The notes beneath the pieces are model-generated. The model was not told where the DNA came from, searched no databases, and saw nothing but the letters and a program-made list of their open reading frames with translations. Below are positions 48,601 to 62,614 of a stretch of DNA of 64,000 bases, piece by piece. This DNA is from Ruditapes philippinarum (taxonomy: Eukaryota). Position 1 is the first letter of the stretch. Each line of letters opens with the position of its first letter. The stretch is taken from contig NW_026866023.1 of the NCBI RefSeq assembly GCF_026571515.1, positions 1 through 64,000 on the forward strand, written 5' to 3'. The position numbers and the translations under genes are program-made.

Positions 48601-51600
48601 GTTACATTTTCATAGCTCAGTTACAACTGATAAGAAATGAATTGATAAAAAATGCTGATAAAATGTCAGTTTTCAACATTGTAACAATTACAGTTCATAT
48701 TAATAATTTTTTAATATGATTGTTTAAATGGCTAGAAAAAAGAATAAACAAGTGAACCTTAATAATTTATATAGTTGTAGTAATTTTATAAGTTCTAATA
48801 TTCTAATTTTAGTGCTGACACATTGTTTGAAATTTGGAACAAGTATGAGCCAAGACTTCCCAGAGCCTACTACCAAGAGAAGTTGCTGGAAGTCGGGGAC
48901 TTCCTCATGTCTGCAAAGGTATGGAGTAATGACATACTTGAATATGATTTTTCATGTCATTTTTACTACAAATTTTTCTATTCAAATAAAACTGGGAACA
49001 ATTTTATGTTTGAATACAATGTACATGTAGCTTCATCATGTGATGTGTACTTTTTTAGCTCACCTGTCATAAAGTGACAGGGTGAGCTTTTGTGATTGCT
49101 TTTCGTCCGGCGTCCGGCCGTCCGGCATCCATCCGTAAACTTTTACTTCAAATGACATCTCCTCATAAACCACTAAGCCAATTTCATCCAAACTTCACAG
49201 GAATGTTCCTTTGGTGGTCACAAAATTGTTCAAAGAATTTAATTCAATGCAGAACTCTGGTTGCCATGGCAACCGAAAGAAAAAACTTCAAATATCTTCT
49301 TTTAAAAAACCCAAAGAGCTAGAGCTTAGATATTGGCATGAAACATCTTCTAGTGAGTGTCTACCAAGATTGTTCAAATAAAAGCCCTGGGGTCAAAATT
49401 GGCCCCGCCCTAGGGGGTCATTGATTTTCCCTATATGCATATAGTAAAAACTTAAAAATCTTCTTTTAAAGAACCCAAAGAGCTAGAGCTAAGATATTTA
49501 GCATGAAACATGTTCTTATAGGTGTCTACCAAGTTTGTTCAGATAAAATCCCTGCGGTCAAAATTGGCCCCGCCCTAGGGGGTCATTGATTTTCATTATA
49601 TGTGTATAGCAGAAACTTAAAAAATCTTCTTTGAAAAAACCAAAATTGCTAGAGTTTAGATATGAAGCATGAAACATCTTCTAGTGAGTATCTACAAAGT
49701 TTGTTCAAATAAAAGCCCTGGGGTCAAAATTAGCCCCACCCAGGGGAGTCATTGATTTTCCTTATATGTGTATAGCAAAAACTTAAAAAATCTTCTTTGA
49801 AAAAATCCAAATAGCTAGAGTTTAGATATTAAGCATGAAACATTTTCTAGTAAGTGTCTACAAAGTTTGTTCAAATAAAAGCCCTGGGAAAAAACTGGCC
49901 CTGCCCCCAGGGGTGTCTTTGTTTTTAACTATATGTGTATAGTAAAAACTTTAAAAGATCTTCTTTTAAAAAATCGAATGAGCTAGAGCTTAGAAGTTTA
50001 GCATGAAACATCTTCTTATAGGTGTCTACTAAGTTTGTTAAAATAAAAGCCTTTGGGTCAAAATTGGCCCTGCTGGGGGGGGGTGAGATCATTATTTTTC
50101 ATTATATGTGTGTAGTAAAAACTTAACATCATGAAACATCTTCGAATGGGTGTCTTCCAAGTTTGTTCAAAAAAAAAGCCCTGGGGTTTAAAATTGGCCC
50201 GTGAGGCCTATATACAGGTGCCATCATGGCCCTCTTGTCTTATTTTGAAGATAGATACATTTAAAAAGTGCTGGTACATGGATATTGTGAAATAATTATT
50301 GCATGTTTATTTTCTTAAATGAAATGAAGATGATTATAAGATGTTATATTAAGAAACTCAGTGGGCGGCCCCATTTTTATAATGAGTTCAAATGTCTATA
50401 TATTCATGTATTAATGTAAAATGTACATTGGCTTGGCAGGAATACAGCTTGGCTCTGTGGCAGTGTTATGATAGATATTTGATGCACTTTGGAAACATAA
50501 ATGTAGTAGAAATCTCTGATATAGACACATTCAAGTCAACTTTCTTCAAGAATGGCTTTGATGGTGATAGTGCAGGGCTTACCGTAAGTGTTTGTGATAT
50601 TTTTTTGTTATTTGTCTAAGTGTCTTGAGTAAGTTTGAACTTGATTTAACGAACGTTATACGTTAGTGATAAGTTTCATGTAATTTACCCGTGGTCAATA
50701 ATTGAAATATTCCAAAAAAGTTGGTATTTTCCGCACAAAAAGCCCTTTACATTCTGCTAAGCATCAATAAAGATAATTTCTATAATTTTATTGGATAAAT
50801 TCTGTTTTGATATATACAGTATATAGTTGCTTTATTCTACTCTTAACCAAAACACTGAGATGCTCCTGAGTGATAATAATTCTTATGCCTATCTACATAG
50901 AGTATGACCAAGAAAATGGCAAAATAATTGCTTGTTTTTCCTAAGGTTATCATACACATACAGTGATTTACAAAAAATCAGGAGGAATATATTTTCATCT
51001 CAGTTCTTTGGGTTTTATACACTCATGATTTAAAACATATTGTGATGAATATGATGAATTGTCAAACTGATGGATTAGAGAGTTCTTTAAAATAAAGTTT
51101 AGTTTTATTTATTCTGCAATCTTTTTTCGTTTTAAATTTTAGAGTGTTTGCTTCTTCATATTGACATAACCATTCATCCTATAATTTATTGAAAATGTAT
51201 TCAAAATGAATTCATGATCCCTGAATATGGGTTTCAGGGTATCCTGAAATTCACACATAATTAAATTTGGAAAAAGTAAAAAATATTGTCATAACAATGA
51301 TAACACTTTTTTCAATAAACTGATGGTATTCTATTTATGCTTAATTTTACAAAACTGTTTCATTATGCAGACCTCTTATTGTACATGTATCTCAACTTTG
51401 ATTTTTGTTTCCAATATCAAATTTAAAAGAGATTGCAACATGAGTTAGAAGTTAATTTGTATAGCTGTATATTTCAGTTCCGTGCCCTGATGGGTAAGTG
51501 TATCAGCATGTATCAGGTAGTGAGATCCTCAGATCCCAAGTTACAGAATGCTCAAAATGTTGCCAATTGTGTGGAGATATTGACCTTTTTAAGACTGGTC

Positions 51601-54600
51601 ACTCAAATCATTCTGCCCATTGAAAAATTATGCTGGCTAGTTTACAATGGTAAGTTATTCATTTTGGTTTTCATTGTAAAATATTAACACCTTGAACTGT
51701 AAAAACTTGTCAAGAAATTGTATGCTCCCTAGATTTTTTATATGTGATTGAATATTTTTTTATGCTAAAACATCAATTCTTCGTTACCATTTGTTCTAAA
51801 TTGAATTTTGTTTTCTGTTCTAGTGTTTTTCAATGATATTGTACCCTATTTCTTGTAGGTACTATCCACATATACAGTATATCACGTTACTTGATGTCCC
51901 TGGGTCATTCAGCAAAGGTTTTGGAGTATCTCCTGTGGGCCTGCATGTGTATGGAGACTTCAGTACCTCTTCTTACAGTCAAATATCTCTCTTGGAGGTC
52001 AACACTCTATACAGCCGTATGCCAGAGTTATTTTGACTGCAAGGCAGCAGAACATGCTGAGGTATGCAGTAACAGATGTTAAATTTTGAATAATTTGAAT
52101 AATGTTATACAGCAGTATTGCAGAAACTTAAGGCTCTAATCACAAGTTTGCCATAACAAAATAAGTACAGCTTTATATAGAAACTAATAGAATGTAGAAA
52201 TAACATAAGAAGCCAGTGTTGCATCTAGGCCGCGCGATTGCGCGATTTGCCCATTTTTTATGCAGAATGCGCATTTTAATGAAGTCAATGTGCGTCAAGT
52301 CGCGCATCTGACGATCTTTTCAACTTAATTCAGTTTATCTATTCGTATCTTGAACACTTCAGCCATGTTTGTTTTCACTCATGGTTATGACTAAAATACT
52401 ACAGGGATGCCAATTTTCCGCGGAAATCCACGGATTTCTAGGTCCGCGAACCACATTTGAGAACGATGTAAATCCGAGGAGAAAATTTGGGAGGTGGGGG
52501 TCTCTGTCGCCGAGTTTGCTACCGTCTATTGTCCACCGATTGTAAATGTTTAGACCATACCGTAAATATTTAGACCGTACCACTTTTCGGGTATGTTCAG
52601 TTATTGTTGCTATTATAGTAAGCCAATGAACGATAGTGTTAAATATACCGACCAATTGTAGCGTCTTTCTGTAGTTGAAGAAAGCAAAACTAAATGTCGG
52701 CCGATTAGCAAGAAAGATATTATCAGTTAATGAAAATATTTTATAAAGCACTAAAAGGAAATGCATTTTAGACCATCTGAAAAGGATGAAAACCCAGGAC
52801 CTTTGGGGGCTTTGCCCCCTGGTCCCCCACCAAGCTCTGCCCTGTTTGTGCCTGAAATAATGCACGGAAGGGCACCTGAGGTCTTCCTCCACCAGTAAAG
52901 ATGGAACGTCACGATATGATCTATACTGTGTTGATGTGACGTAAAACCCAAATTCTAACACTATAGGAAATTTGCCTATATAGACAAAGAAGGTCGGAGG
53001 CGTGCATTATTCTACAACAATGCACTCGCCGTTCTTATTATCTCCCTGTGTATTTTCACATTGAGGGCGCCATTTTGTTTAAAAAAATATGATAAATAAA
53101 AACAATTTTTTGTCGAATTTAGTTGTGAAAACTATCTAGAATGAAAGAAAATGGTCTAACTAAGAAAATTAATCCGAACACCAATATCTTTAATTCAGTC
53201 GTTAACGTTGTACAGGCGTTTAAAGTGTTGTTTACGTGACGTCACAATGTAGCGCCAAACAGCGCGTGCAAAACAATCAAATCAAGTACGCTATTTTAAT
53301 GTCGCAAACGAGTTAAGTTTTACATTTATTATCCCCCGCCGAAAAATTTCGGCGGAGGATATAGAAATAGTCTCCGTCCGTCCGACCTTCCGTCCGTCCT
53401 TCCGTCCGACATTTTTGTCCGGAGCATATCTCTAAAAGTATTTGAGTTATCAACTTGAAACTTCATAGGTGGATAGACCTCATTGAGGAGGAGTGCAGTG
53501 CACAAGAATGATAACTCTACCTTGCATGATTTTTGAGTTATTGCCCTTTGTTATTTTTCAAAATTGATTTTTGTCCAGAGCATAACTCCAAAAGCCTATG
53601 AGGTATTAACATGAAACTTCATAGGTGCATAGATCTCACTCAGGAGGTGTGCAGTGCACAAGAATGATAACTCTACCTTTCATAATTTTTGAGTAATTGC
53701 CCTTTGTTATTTTTCATACCTAATTTTTCACCTGAGTGGAGCATAACTCAAAAAGTGTTTGAGATATCAACATGAAATGTCATAGGTGGATAGATCTTAT
53801 TGAGGAGGAATGTTGTGCGCAAGAATGATAACTCTTCCCTATACACTTTTTGAGTTATTGCCCTTTGTTTTTTTTCATGGTATTTTGTCCAGAGCTTATC
53901 TGAAAAAGTATTTGAGGTATCAACTTGAAACTTCAAAGGTGGATGGATCTCATTGAGGAGGAGTGCAGTGCTTAAGAATGATAACTCTACCCTGCATTAT
54001 TTTTGAGTTATTGCCCTTTGTTATTTTTCAAAATTAATTTTTGTCCAGAGCATAACTCAAAAAGCCTTTGAGATATCAAAATGAAACTTCATAGGTGCAT
54101 AGATCTCACTCAAGAGGTACAAGAATGATAACTCTACCTTTTATAATTGTTGTGTTATTGCCCTTTGTACTTTTTCATACTTAATTTTTCAATTCAATTT
54201 TTTTCTCAAAAAGTATTTGAGGTATCAACTTGAAACTTCATAGGTGGATAGATTTTACTGAGGAGGGATGCAGCACACAAGAATGATAACCTACCCTGCA
54301 TTATTTTTCAGTAATTGCCCTTTGTTATTTTCAGCCATCAGTATTCACATAGGTTTCAAATCTGTAATCACTATAGCCATCAGTTTTCATTACCAAAAGA
54401 CCTCTTAAAATGGAATTATTCCGCTCTACTACACATACATTCTTCCAATGAGCAAACACATTCGGCGGGGGATGGCCATGTTGACATGGCTCTTGTTTCA
54501 CTTTTAATAATTTGTATTTCGCTTGAAAAATTATAGAGTAAAATAAAATAAACAAAAAAAGTTTTATCAACGTTTTCGAAATTCGTTATTCTCAAAATGT

Positions 54601-56572
54601 TTCTACACACGGTAGATTTAACGACAGTTTTTTTTCAACTCACTGGAACAGCCTTTAAAGAACGTTTCTATTGGAAACTCTGAGACAAAAACAATATAAA
54701 CCACCAAACATAAAGTCCAACTTTAAAATAATAATTATATTTTTTCTTGACGTGTTAGAATGGAAATAGATATTAATTCTTCGTGCATTATTGTATAATA
54801 ATGCACGGTTTTCGTTCAAATGCTTTGTAATTAATCACTCAGGCCTATCGGCCTTCGTGATTATATTACTACGCATTTGAACTCAAACCGTGCATTATTC
54901 TACAACAATGCACTCAGAATTGATATCTATTTCCTAAACAAACAATCTTATCAGAACCAATAGCAGTAAATCACCTAACCCTCATGTAAATGTCTTTAAA
55001 ACACTGAACAATTGAACAATTTTATTTGTTTAACAGCAAATTAGGAATTCTCATGCAATAATATGTGCAATTGATTTCAGAGTTTTGCTAGACGAGGATT
55101 ATCTAAGATACAAGAGCTAAGTCAGCTTGAATCAATGAGCAATGCAGAGGACTCCCCTGAGAGAGAGATTGCCTTTAGACAAGCTACAATTAAGGTACAT
55201 ACAGTTGTAATAAAATATTTTAATTTTTTCATCCTATTTTCAGGTTTTGATGGTTTTCATACATTGCTAACATAAAATTGTGTGACAGAACTTCTGAACG
55301 TATTAACAATTTCAAACATGAAAATAATACTACTATGTACTCATATGTGCTTTAAATTTTATACATTCTCGTACATTATATGTATTAAAATGGCTTTTAA
55401 GGCCCACTAAATCAAACATTTGTCCATACTTGATTCATTTTAAACATAGTTTATTCCGAACAAATTCATAGTATATATACAGATAATACCAGTTAGAATG
55501 TACACAATCCAAACATGAATTGTTGAAAAAGGATTTGGTCCAAAAACTGAGCTAATAAAGGCATTCTCCATACCTGATTTAGATATAGAGGATGTTGGAA
55601 ATACATTTATCACATACCCATGCTGCTTTTGCAACTCCAGAAAAATGGTGTGGCATGGCCGTGCATTTATTTTGATGTGGCGTCATTAGCATTATACAGT
55701 TATAGAATTAAGGCTTGCTAATGTCAGCGTTACACTATTGGCCACGGGGCTTGACAATGAATTTTATTGTTTAAAACAATTCTTATTTTAGGTATGTGAT
55801 AAAAAGAATATTATAATTCATTTGATTAGGTTCATAACTAAATTTGTTGAAGATTTTGCTCCCTAAAAGCTTGCATGATATAATTTTTTTCAACTCATTA
55901 GATAAATTCCATATTAAATCTAAACTCATTCAATATCTTCTGTTCAGTGAGATAAAACCTATATGATTGCATCATATATTACAGATGGCCATAATGGTGT
56001 TCCGTAGATCTGTGTATGAAACAAGAAGAAGACCAAAGGGTTTGCTGAGACCAAAAACAAGAGCTAACCTTAAGGATGCCCAAAATGTAAGTATAGTACT
56101 ACCTATCCAGTATCTTTTGTATTTTTTACCTGTCTTGTAAAAAGAGGCATTTCTAAAGTCAAAAAAATTGCTAAATGGATAAGTTGCATTCTGCTGGCAT
56201 GATTTTTAATTGCTCAGTTTGCAAAAGTTGGAAAGAAATTGAAATTTATTTGTATCAGGCCTTTTTCTTAGAGATATATGCAGAGAATATATAGCATAAC
56301 AATAGTTTCTTTACCCTATATGTGTTGTTGTCATTATTTCAATATTGGTCATGCTAATTTATCCAAACAGCTACAATGGCCGCGTACGCCCAGTGAGAAG
56401 TTGTTACAAGATATGTTTGAAGGGAGCTCCACCCAGCTATTGTGTATCCTAGAGGCACTGAATGATACAAACAGAAGGATCCTAATCACATCTCCACCGG
56501 CCCCGGACTCAGAAGTGGAGATTCTGGATGTGTATGCTGAGCTGTTTATGGCAGCACAAGAAATTTTAGCAG
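45657..56572 (+). CDS. CFAP54: Cilia- and flagella-associated protein 54, 5' part (exons 45657-45847, 48813-48918, 50440-50583, 51478-51649, 51859-52061, 55081-55194, 55985-56086, 56371-56572); continues beyond the window
   Basis: Spliced motifs LFEIWNKYEPRLP..YYQEKLLEVGDFL, ALWQCYDRYL, LCWLVYNGTIHIYSISRYLM..G.SAKVLEYLLWACMCMETSVPLL.VKYL.WR.TLYTAVCQ.YFD, FARRGL.KI.EL, FRRSVYETRRRPKG.LRPK, WPRT.SE.LL..MF match recalled CFAP54 N-terminal sequence. All junctions are GT-AG with consistent phases (2,0,0,1,0,0,0,1). Confidence 0.93.
46255..46612. repeat. Dispersed repeat; an inverted copy at 53065-53330 plus 54497-54592 is split by a later insertion
   Basis: Reverse-complement match, e.g. tttgcgacattaaaatagcgtacttgatttgattgttttgca / tgcaaaacaatcaaatcaagtacgctattttaatgtcgcaaa. 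Confidence 0.85.
49051..50238 (+). mobile_element. Non-autonomous Helentron-like (HINE/Pearl-type) element with ~165-bp internal tandem repeats
   Basis: 5' ttttagctcacctgtca..tgacagggtgagc hairpin, a CGTC/TCCG microsatellite, ~6 tandem units, and a 3' caggtg + gccatcatggc palindrome + cctcttgt. Confidence 0.82.
53328..54497 (+). mobile_element. Non-autonomous Helentron-like element (second family) with ~155-bp tandem units
   Basis: 5' atcccccgccgaaaaatttcggcgg hairpin and (TCCG)n; 3' subterminal inverted repeat ttcggcgggggat + gccatgttgacatggc palindrome + tcttgttt. Inserted in a T-run without a TSD. Confidence 0.85.
54756..54936. repeat. ~180-bp hairpin/MITE-like palindrome
   Basis: gaaatagatat.aattct..gtgcatt.ttgta.aataatgcacggttt is mirrored by aaaccgtgcattattctacaacaatgcactcagaattgatatctatttcc. 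The arm motif is also at ~53000-53027. Confidence 0.75.
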
Positions 56573-57144
56573 GTAATATTAATTCAGTTGTTGTTTTCTT
56601 CCCAACGTTTTTAGAATGTGGCCTTAAGCTTTAAAATTGGGGAATTTTTACAACAATTTGTGTAAAATTTGGACAAATGTAAGATTTCATACGACTATAC
56701 CCCCAGCAGAGCTATTCAAAAAGTGTCTTGAAGACACTTTTAAATAACAATTACTTTCGTCTTGGTATGTTATATTTCTTTCCTATAGTCTTGCCCCGCC
56801 TTTCTGAGCCAGTGCACTAGACTGTTCTCAGTGCTTGATAGTAAAACAAGAGCCTGAATAATGTATAATTTTTAAAGTTCAAAGGGCCATAGTTCTGTCA
56901 AAATTCATATTTACAATAGCTCTTCTACTTTTTGAAAAGTCGAGCGTAAACAAGAGATTTAGTCAATCTGAAATCGCAACAGGGTTATTTTAACTGCCTC
57001 AAACAGGACACCATAGAAACTGACTGAAAGTTGTAGCAATTAATCAAATCAATTGGATGGCCATTTCCAGGAACAAGTTACTGTTGATTTAGCATTGACA
57101 AAACTAACAAAAGTTTGTTGGATGATGCTAAAACTCTATCATTG

Positions 57145-58035
57145 TTTTTAGCTCACCTGTCACAAAGTGACAGGGTGAGCTTTTGTGATCGCTATTCATC
57201 CGGCGTCCGGCCGTCCGGCTGTCCGCCAAGATATTTGGCATGAAACATCTTCTAGTAAGTGTCTACATAGTTTTGTTCAAATAAAAGCCCTGGGATCAAA
57301 ATTGGCCCCGCCCCTGGAGGTCATTGATTTTCCCTATATGCATATAGTAAAAAACTTAAAAATCTTCTTTTAAATAACTCTAAGAGCTAGAGCTAAGATA
57401 TTTAGCATGAAACATGTTCTAATGGGTGTCTACCAAGTTTGTTCAAATAAAAGCCCTGGGGTCAAAAATTGGCCCCAACCCCGGGGTCATTGATTTTTCT
57501 TATATATGTGTTTAGCAAAAACTCAAAAAAATCTTCTTTGAAAAAAACCTTAATAGCTAGAGTTAAGATATTAAGCATGAAAACATCTTCTAGTGAGTGT
57601 CTCTACAAAGTTTGTTCAGGTAAAAGCCCTGGGGTCATAATTGGCCCTGCCCCGGGGGGGTCATTGATTTCCCTTATATGTGTATAGCAAAAAAACTTTA
57701 AAATCTTCTTTGAAAAAACCCAAATAGCTAGAGTTTAGATTATTAAGCATGAAACATGTTCTAGTAAGTGTCTACAAAGTTTGTTCAAATAAAAGCCCTG
57801 GGGTCAAAACTGGCCCCGCCCCAGGGGAGATATTGTTTTTAACTATATGTGAATAGTAAAAAAACTTAAAAAGTCTTCTTTTAAAAAACCCTACACATGC
57901 TGATCAACACTCCTGTAAAGTTTCATGACTCTAGGTCAAATCCTTTTTGAGTTACGTGTGACACAAAAGTGAATGGACTGACGGACGGACAAGGGTAAAT
58001 CTAAATGCCTGCCACTAAAGTGGGGGCACAAAAAA
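57145..58035. mobile_element. Truncated copy of the 49051 Helentron-like family (57145-57890) fused to the reverse-oriented end of another family (57891-58035)
   Basis: Same 5' hairpin and 165-bp units, then an abrupt switch to a (GGAC)n stretch + gccactaaagtggg hairpin + caaaaaa. Confidence 0.75.
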
Positions 58036-60871
58036 TTTATTCTAATTGTTAAATTGCATTAGTCTTAAGATTTGTTTCTGGTATGTTCTTTTTATCCAAA
58101 GCTTATCATGTAATGATTGATATGTAGTAAATTCAAGTTGTTTTCATTTGATTTCTAGGATTAGTTAGCTACGTTAAAGAAAACTATAACATTTTATTTA
58201 TTTTTGTACATTTTATGTGGTTTTAGTACGCATTTATATAATGTTTGCTATAAGAAACTTTGATAAATATTATTTAATTTATGGCTTGGTTCCAAGTATT
58301 TTCGATTAATGTGTGATTACTTTTCGAGTAAAAAATAAATCGTGTTTATTAAAGATAATCAAATGTAAATACTAAACGGCTGTAAAACTTCGATGTTAAA
58401 CTATAAAGTGTCTACATTTGACAGCTTTAGAAATTATCTGTTGTTTTTTCTGTGATATATATGCTTAGGAATGGCAATAAAACAGTCATATTCAACGTTC
58501 TTAAAATACTCATTTCATTTTAAAGACTAACATTTTTAGAATTATACGAAAACCCTATTTTCTATATAGAAAATCAACATGCTTTGCAATATATACAGTC
58601 CGTTTTGCAATTAAGATTGCACGTTGAACAAGCGTATTTCTCGACATATTGAATTACGAGCGAATGATGAATCGAAGCCAACATTTACTTTATATATGTT
58701 TCATTTTATTACCAGGGACAGTTTCATCAGTGGTGACTACAACAAACCACATTACCTACCCAACAAATTTTGTTTTATTTCTACTTAAAATAGATATTAA
58801 TGTAGTAAAACATGTAATAAATGCAAACAGACATACAATATACTTAATTTAAACTTTAATCCCTGCTTGACTTAAGTTATAAAAGTATTCAGCAATTGTC
58901 ACTGCATAGTTTGAGATTTCAACCTGTTAGAATCAAAAGTGTGTGCAAACACACGTCAATAATCATCATACAAATGTATATCAATTATATCTAATTCAAT
59001 CTTAACAAGCGTGTTAATCTTATTATTGAAAATATCTAAGATCAGATCAGATAATTACTCATCTGTATTGATGCCAATAAATTTTGTAAATAGGATAGCA
59101 ATAATATAATTGAAGAAAAAGTAATTTTTGGGAAATCCAAGTTATAACAATATTACACATTTTATCTTTTATGCATGCAAAATAAATAAATAAGATATTA
59201 ATACACTGATAATGTCTAGATCATTATCAATCTGTATTTCCAAGTTTTAAATGTAACTGTTTCATAAATTTATCTTTATTGCAATAATTTCAAATCCCAA
59301 ATATATGACGATACAAATGTGTGGATGATCAATAAATGTTACGCTCATATTTAAGAAAATTAATTCAATTGATCAAATATGGTCATTTCTTCTGAAAATA
59401 TATACCCATTCCGTATTTATAAAAGAGGCAAAACATTTTAATGATTTTAAATTTTTAAAGAAATAAGACAAGATTGTAAAGATAATAACTTATCTGATAT
59501 ACTTTATGGATGCCATTTCTGTTACAATAAGGTCAGGAAACAGGAAATCACAAATAGAACTGAACGGAAGAATTGTCGTGGAAAAATGTTTTGAATAAGA
59601 CATCGGAGATTCGTCAAAGGAAAGAGTGAAATGTTGTTATTATCATAGAGAAAACGGGTGGAAAATTAAAAAGTGCTGATGGTAATTATTGATTTTTATC
59701 CTTCTTTAGTAGGCATGAGTAGTTTTCGTTTTTCACATTTCGAATACTCTATGTATGTTGACTTTTTTGTTCATTGTAATGGAAAAAGAAACAAATATAT
59801 AATGTCATCCTAGTGCAGTTATAAATAGGATAAAAATCAGGAAACAAAGTGATCCCTCGGAAGCATTAATCACAATAAAATTGCAAAAAAAATGCAAAGT
59901 CGGTTTGATTGAGTCTGTACATGAGGGATACTGAATACATGCAACATCAATCACGCCCCCTAGCACCGGCTTGAGCGGTACTCAATTCTCAACACTTAAT
60001 AGTGCTGTCATCAATGATCCCGAAGGACCAGAAAAATATAACAACACTGAAGTGAAATACGGGGCAACGTTTTACAACTGCCACACAGTACTTGACACCT
60101 GCTGTTGTGAAGTAGAAAGACAGATTACTAGTTAGTTATCACTCTTAAGGGACAATTATAATTATGCATGTTTTGCTTACAGTTGAATGTTTTGTTGAAT
60201 GTCTCATTTTGAATGCAATATTGACGGTTTATTTTTTTGGAAACACCTAAAAGTTCATAAAGTGCAATTTTATGATTAGAATCATTTTAATCTATTATGA
60301 ATAACATTTTTTACATTCCTAGCAATATATTTGTCGTACAAAGTTTAATATCTAACACGTTATTTAAGTGCGTTCACTCTATAAGATCAATCACAAAATT
60401 ATGCAAGAGCAGGACGGTAAAGAAGAGATGTTTTGACGTTGAGATATGCTTTGTTAGGAAAGACAAGACGGCTCATTGTTAGAAGAGATAAATCGTTATT
60501 GAATCTCAGAAAGGACAATAGCATCACATATTACATTTCTCTGTGTATTTGTCTGATATAAAACATAATTTATATGTATACAATTTTCTAGAGTACAATC
60601 GGAATTGTTATCCTTTCAATTCCCTGAACAAAGAATCCCATTATTGAATAAAATGTAAAAAAATGTACTTGCAAAAAAGTTATCAAGATAGATATAACAT
60701 AAAAACCAGTTATATTGTAACATCTATCTTTTTAAAACAAAGTAACATCTATCTTTTTAAATCAAAGTACAGTATACAACTTGCGAAGTCACAAAGCACT
60801 CCCCTTGTGGCTAGTCAAATATGTGTTTCTTTAAGATTTGTACTCGTCCAAATATTTTCCCGTATTTTACA

Positions 60872-62614
60872 TTTTAAGCTCACCAGAACCGAAGGTTCAG
60901 AGTGAGCTATTAGTATCAAAAAGGGATGCTCCAGCGTCCGTGGTCATGCGTCAACAATCGTATTCTACTCTGAAACTGCTGGGCAGATTTACTTCAAGTA
61001 TGGTCTGTAGCATCCTTATGACAGTCACACTTAGATTTGCTCATGTCATTTCAATTGGCCCCTTTAAGGGGTCAACAGAGCTAAAAACAGAAAAACCTTT
61101 AAACATCACCAACTACAGAACTAATTGATGGATGATCACCAAACTTTGTCTGTAGCATTATTAGGTAGTCTTTTATCAAGTTTGCTCAAATCAATTTGAT
61201 TGGCCCATTTAAAAGGTCTCTAGAGCTTAAAATAGAAAAAAACCTTTAGACATCTTCTTCTACAGAACTAATGAATGGATGATCACCAAGTTTTGTCAGT
61301 AGCATTCTTGGTAAGTCTTTAAGCAAGTTTGCTCATATTAATTTGACTTGCCCCTTTCATGGGCCGCTAAAGCTAAAAACAGAAATACCTTTCAACGTCT
61401 GTTATTACAGAACTAATTGAAGGATGACCATCAAACTCTGCTGTAGCATTCTAAGGTTGTCTTTTATCAATTTTGCTTATATTAATTTGATTGGCCCTTG
61501 TAGGGGTCTCTAAAACTATAAATAGAAAGTCCTTTAGACATCTTCTACAGAACTAATTGATGGATGAGCACCAAACATTGTCTGTAGCATTTTTGGGTAG
61601 TCTTTTCTCTATTTTATAACGTTTGCTCATATTAATTTGATTGGCCCATTTTAGAGGCCGCTAAAATTAAAAATAGAAACACCTTTAAACGTCTGCTTCT
61701 ACAGATGTTATTGATGGATGATCACCAATTTTTGTCTGTAGCATTCTTATGTGGTCTTTTATCAAGTGTGTTCATATTAATTTGATTGGCCTATTTTAAG
61801 GACTGTTAAAGCTAAAAAAGAAATACATTTAAACATCTCCTTATACAGAACTAATGATGGATGATCACCAAACTTTGTCTTTAGCATTCTTCGGTAGTCT
61901 TTTATCAATTTTGGTCATATCAATAGAATAAGTTCCTTCTAGGGACCGCTTAAGCTACTAGAAATAGAAAAAAAACTTTGAACGTCATTTCGTACAGAAA
62001 TAATTGATGGATAATCACCAAATTTTGTCTGTACCACTCTTGGGTAGTCTTTTATCATGTTTGCTTATATTTATTTGATTGGCCCCTAGTAGGAGCCGCT
62101 AGAGCTAAATATAGACATACCGTTAAACGTCTCCTTCTATAGAAACAATTTATAGATAATCACCAAATTTTGCATGTAGCATTCTTAGTTAGTTTTATCT
62201 CAAGTTTGCTCATATTATTGTGATTTTTAGGGGCCACTGAGGCTAAAAATAGAAAAACCTTTGAACATTATTTCCTACTGAATAATTCGTAGATGATCAC
62301 CAGACTTTGTCTGTAGCATTCTTAGGTAGTCTTTTATGAAGTTTGCTCATATTAATTTGATTGGCACCTTTTAGGGGCCGCTAAAGTTTAAAAAAGAAAT
62401 ACTTTGTAACGTCTGCTACAGAACTAATGGATGGATGATCACCAAATTTTGTTTGTAACAATCTTAGGTAGTCTTTTATCAATTTTGCTCATATTAATTT
62501 GATTGGCCCATTTTAGGAGCCGCTTAAGCTAAAAATCTAAAGGCTAAGCTAAAACCTTTGATCATCATCTCCTACTGAAATAATTGTCTGTAGCATTCTT
62601 AAGTAGTCTTTTAT
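60872..62614 (+). mobile_element. Helentron-like element (third family) with ~10-11 diverged ~147-bp tandem units, 3' end missing
   Basis: 5' ttttaagctcac.agaaccgaaggttcagagtgagct hairpin; unit ...ctacagaactaattgatggatgatcaccaaactttgtctgtagcatt... recurs at ~147-bp spacing. Confidence 0.8.

Noticed and set aside
52359-52961. 200-aa minus-strand ORF in a CFAP54 intron
   Set aside because: Made of an antisense SINE tail and other repeat fragments; no coherent domain.
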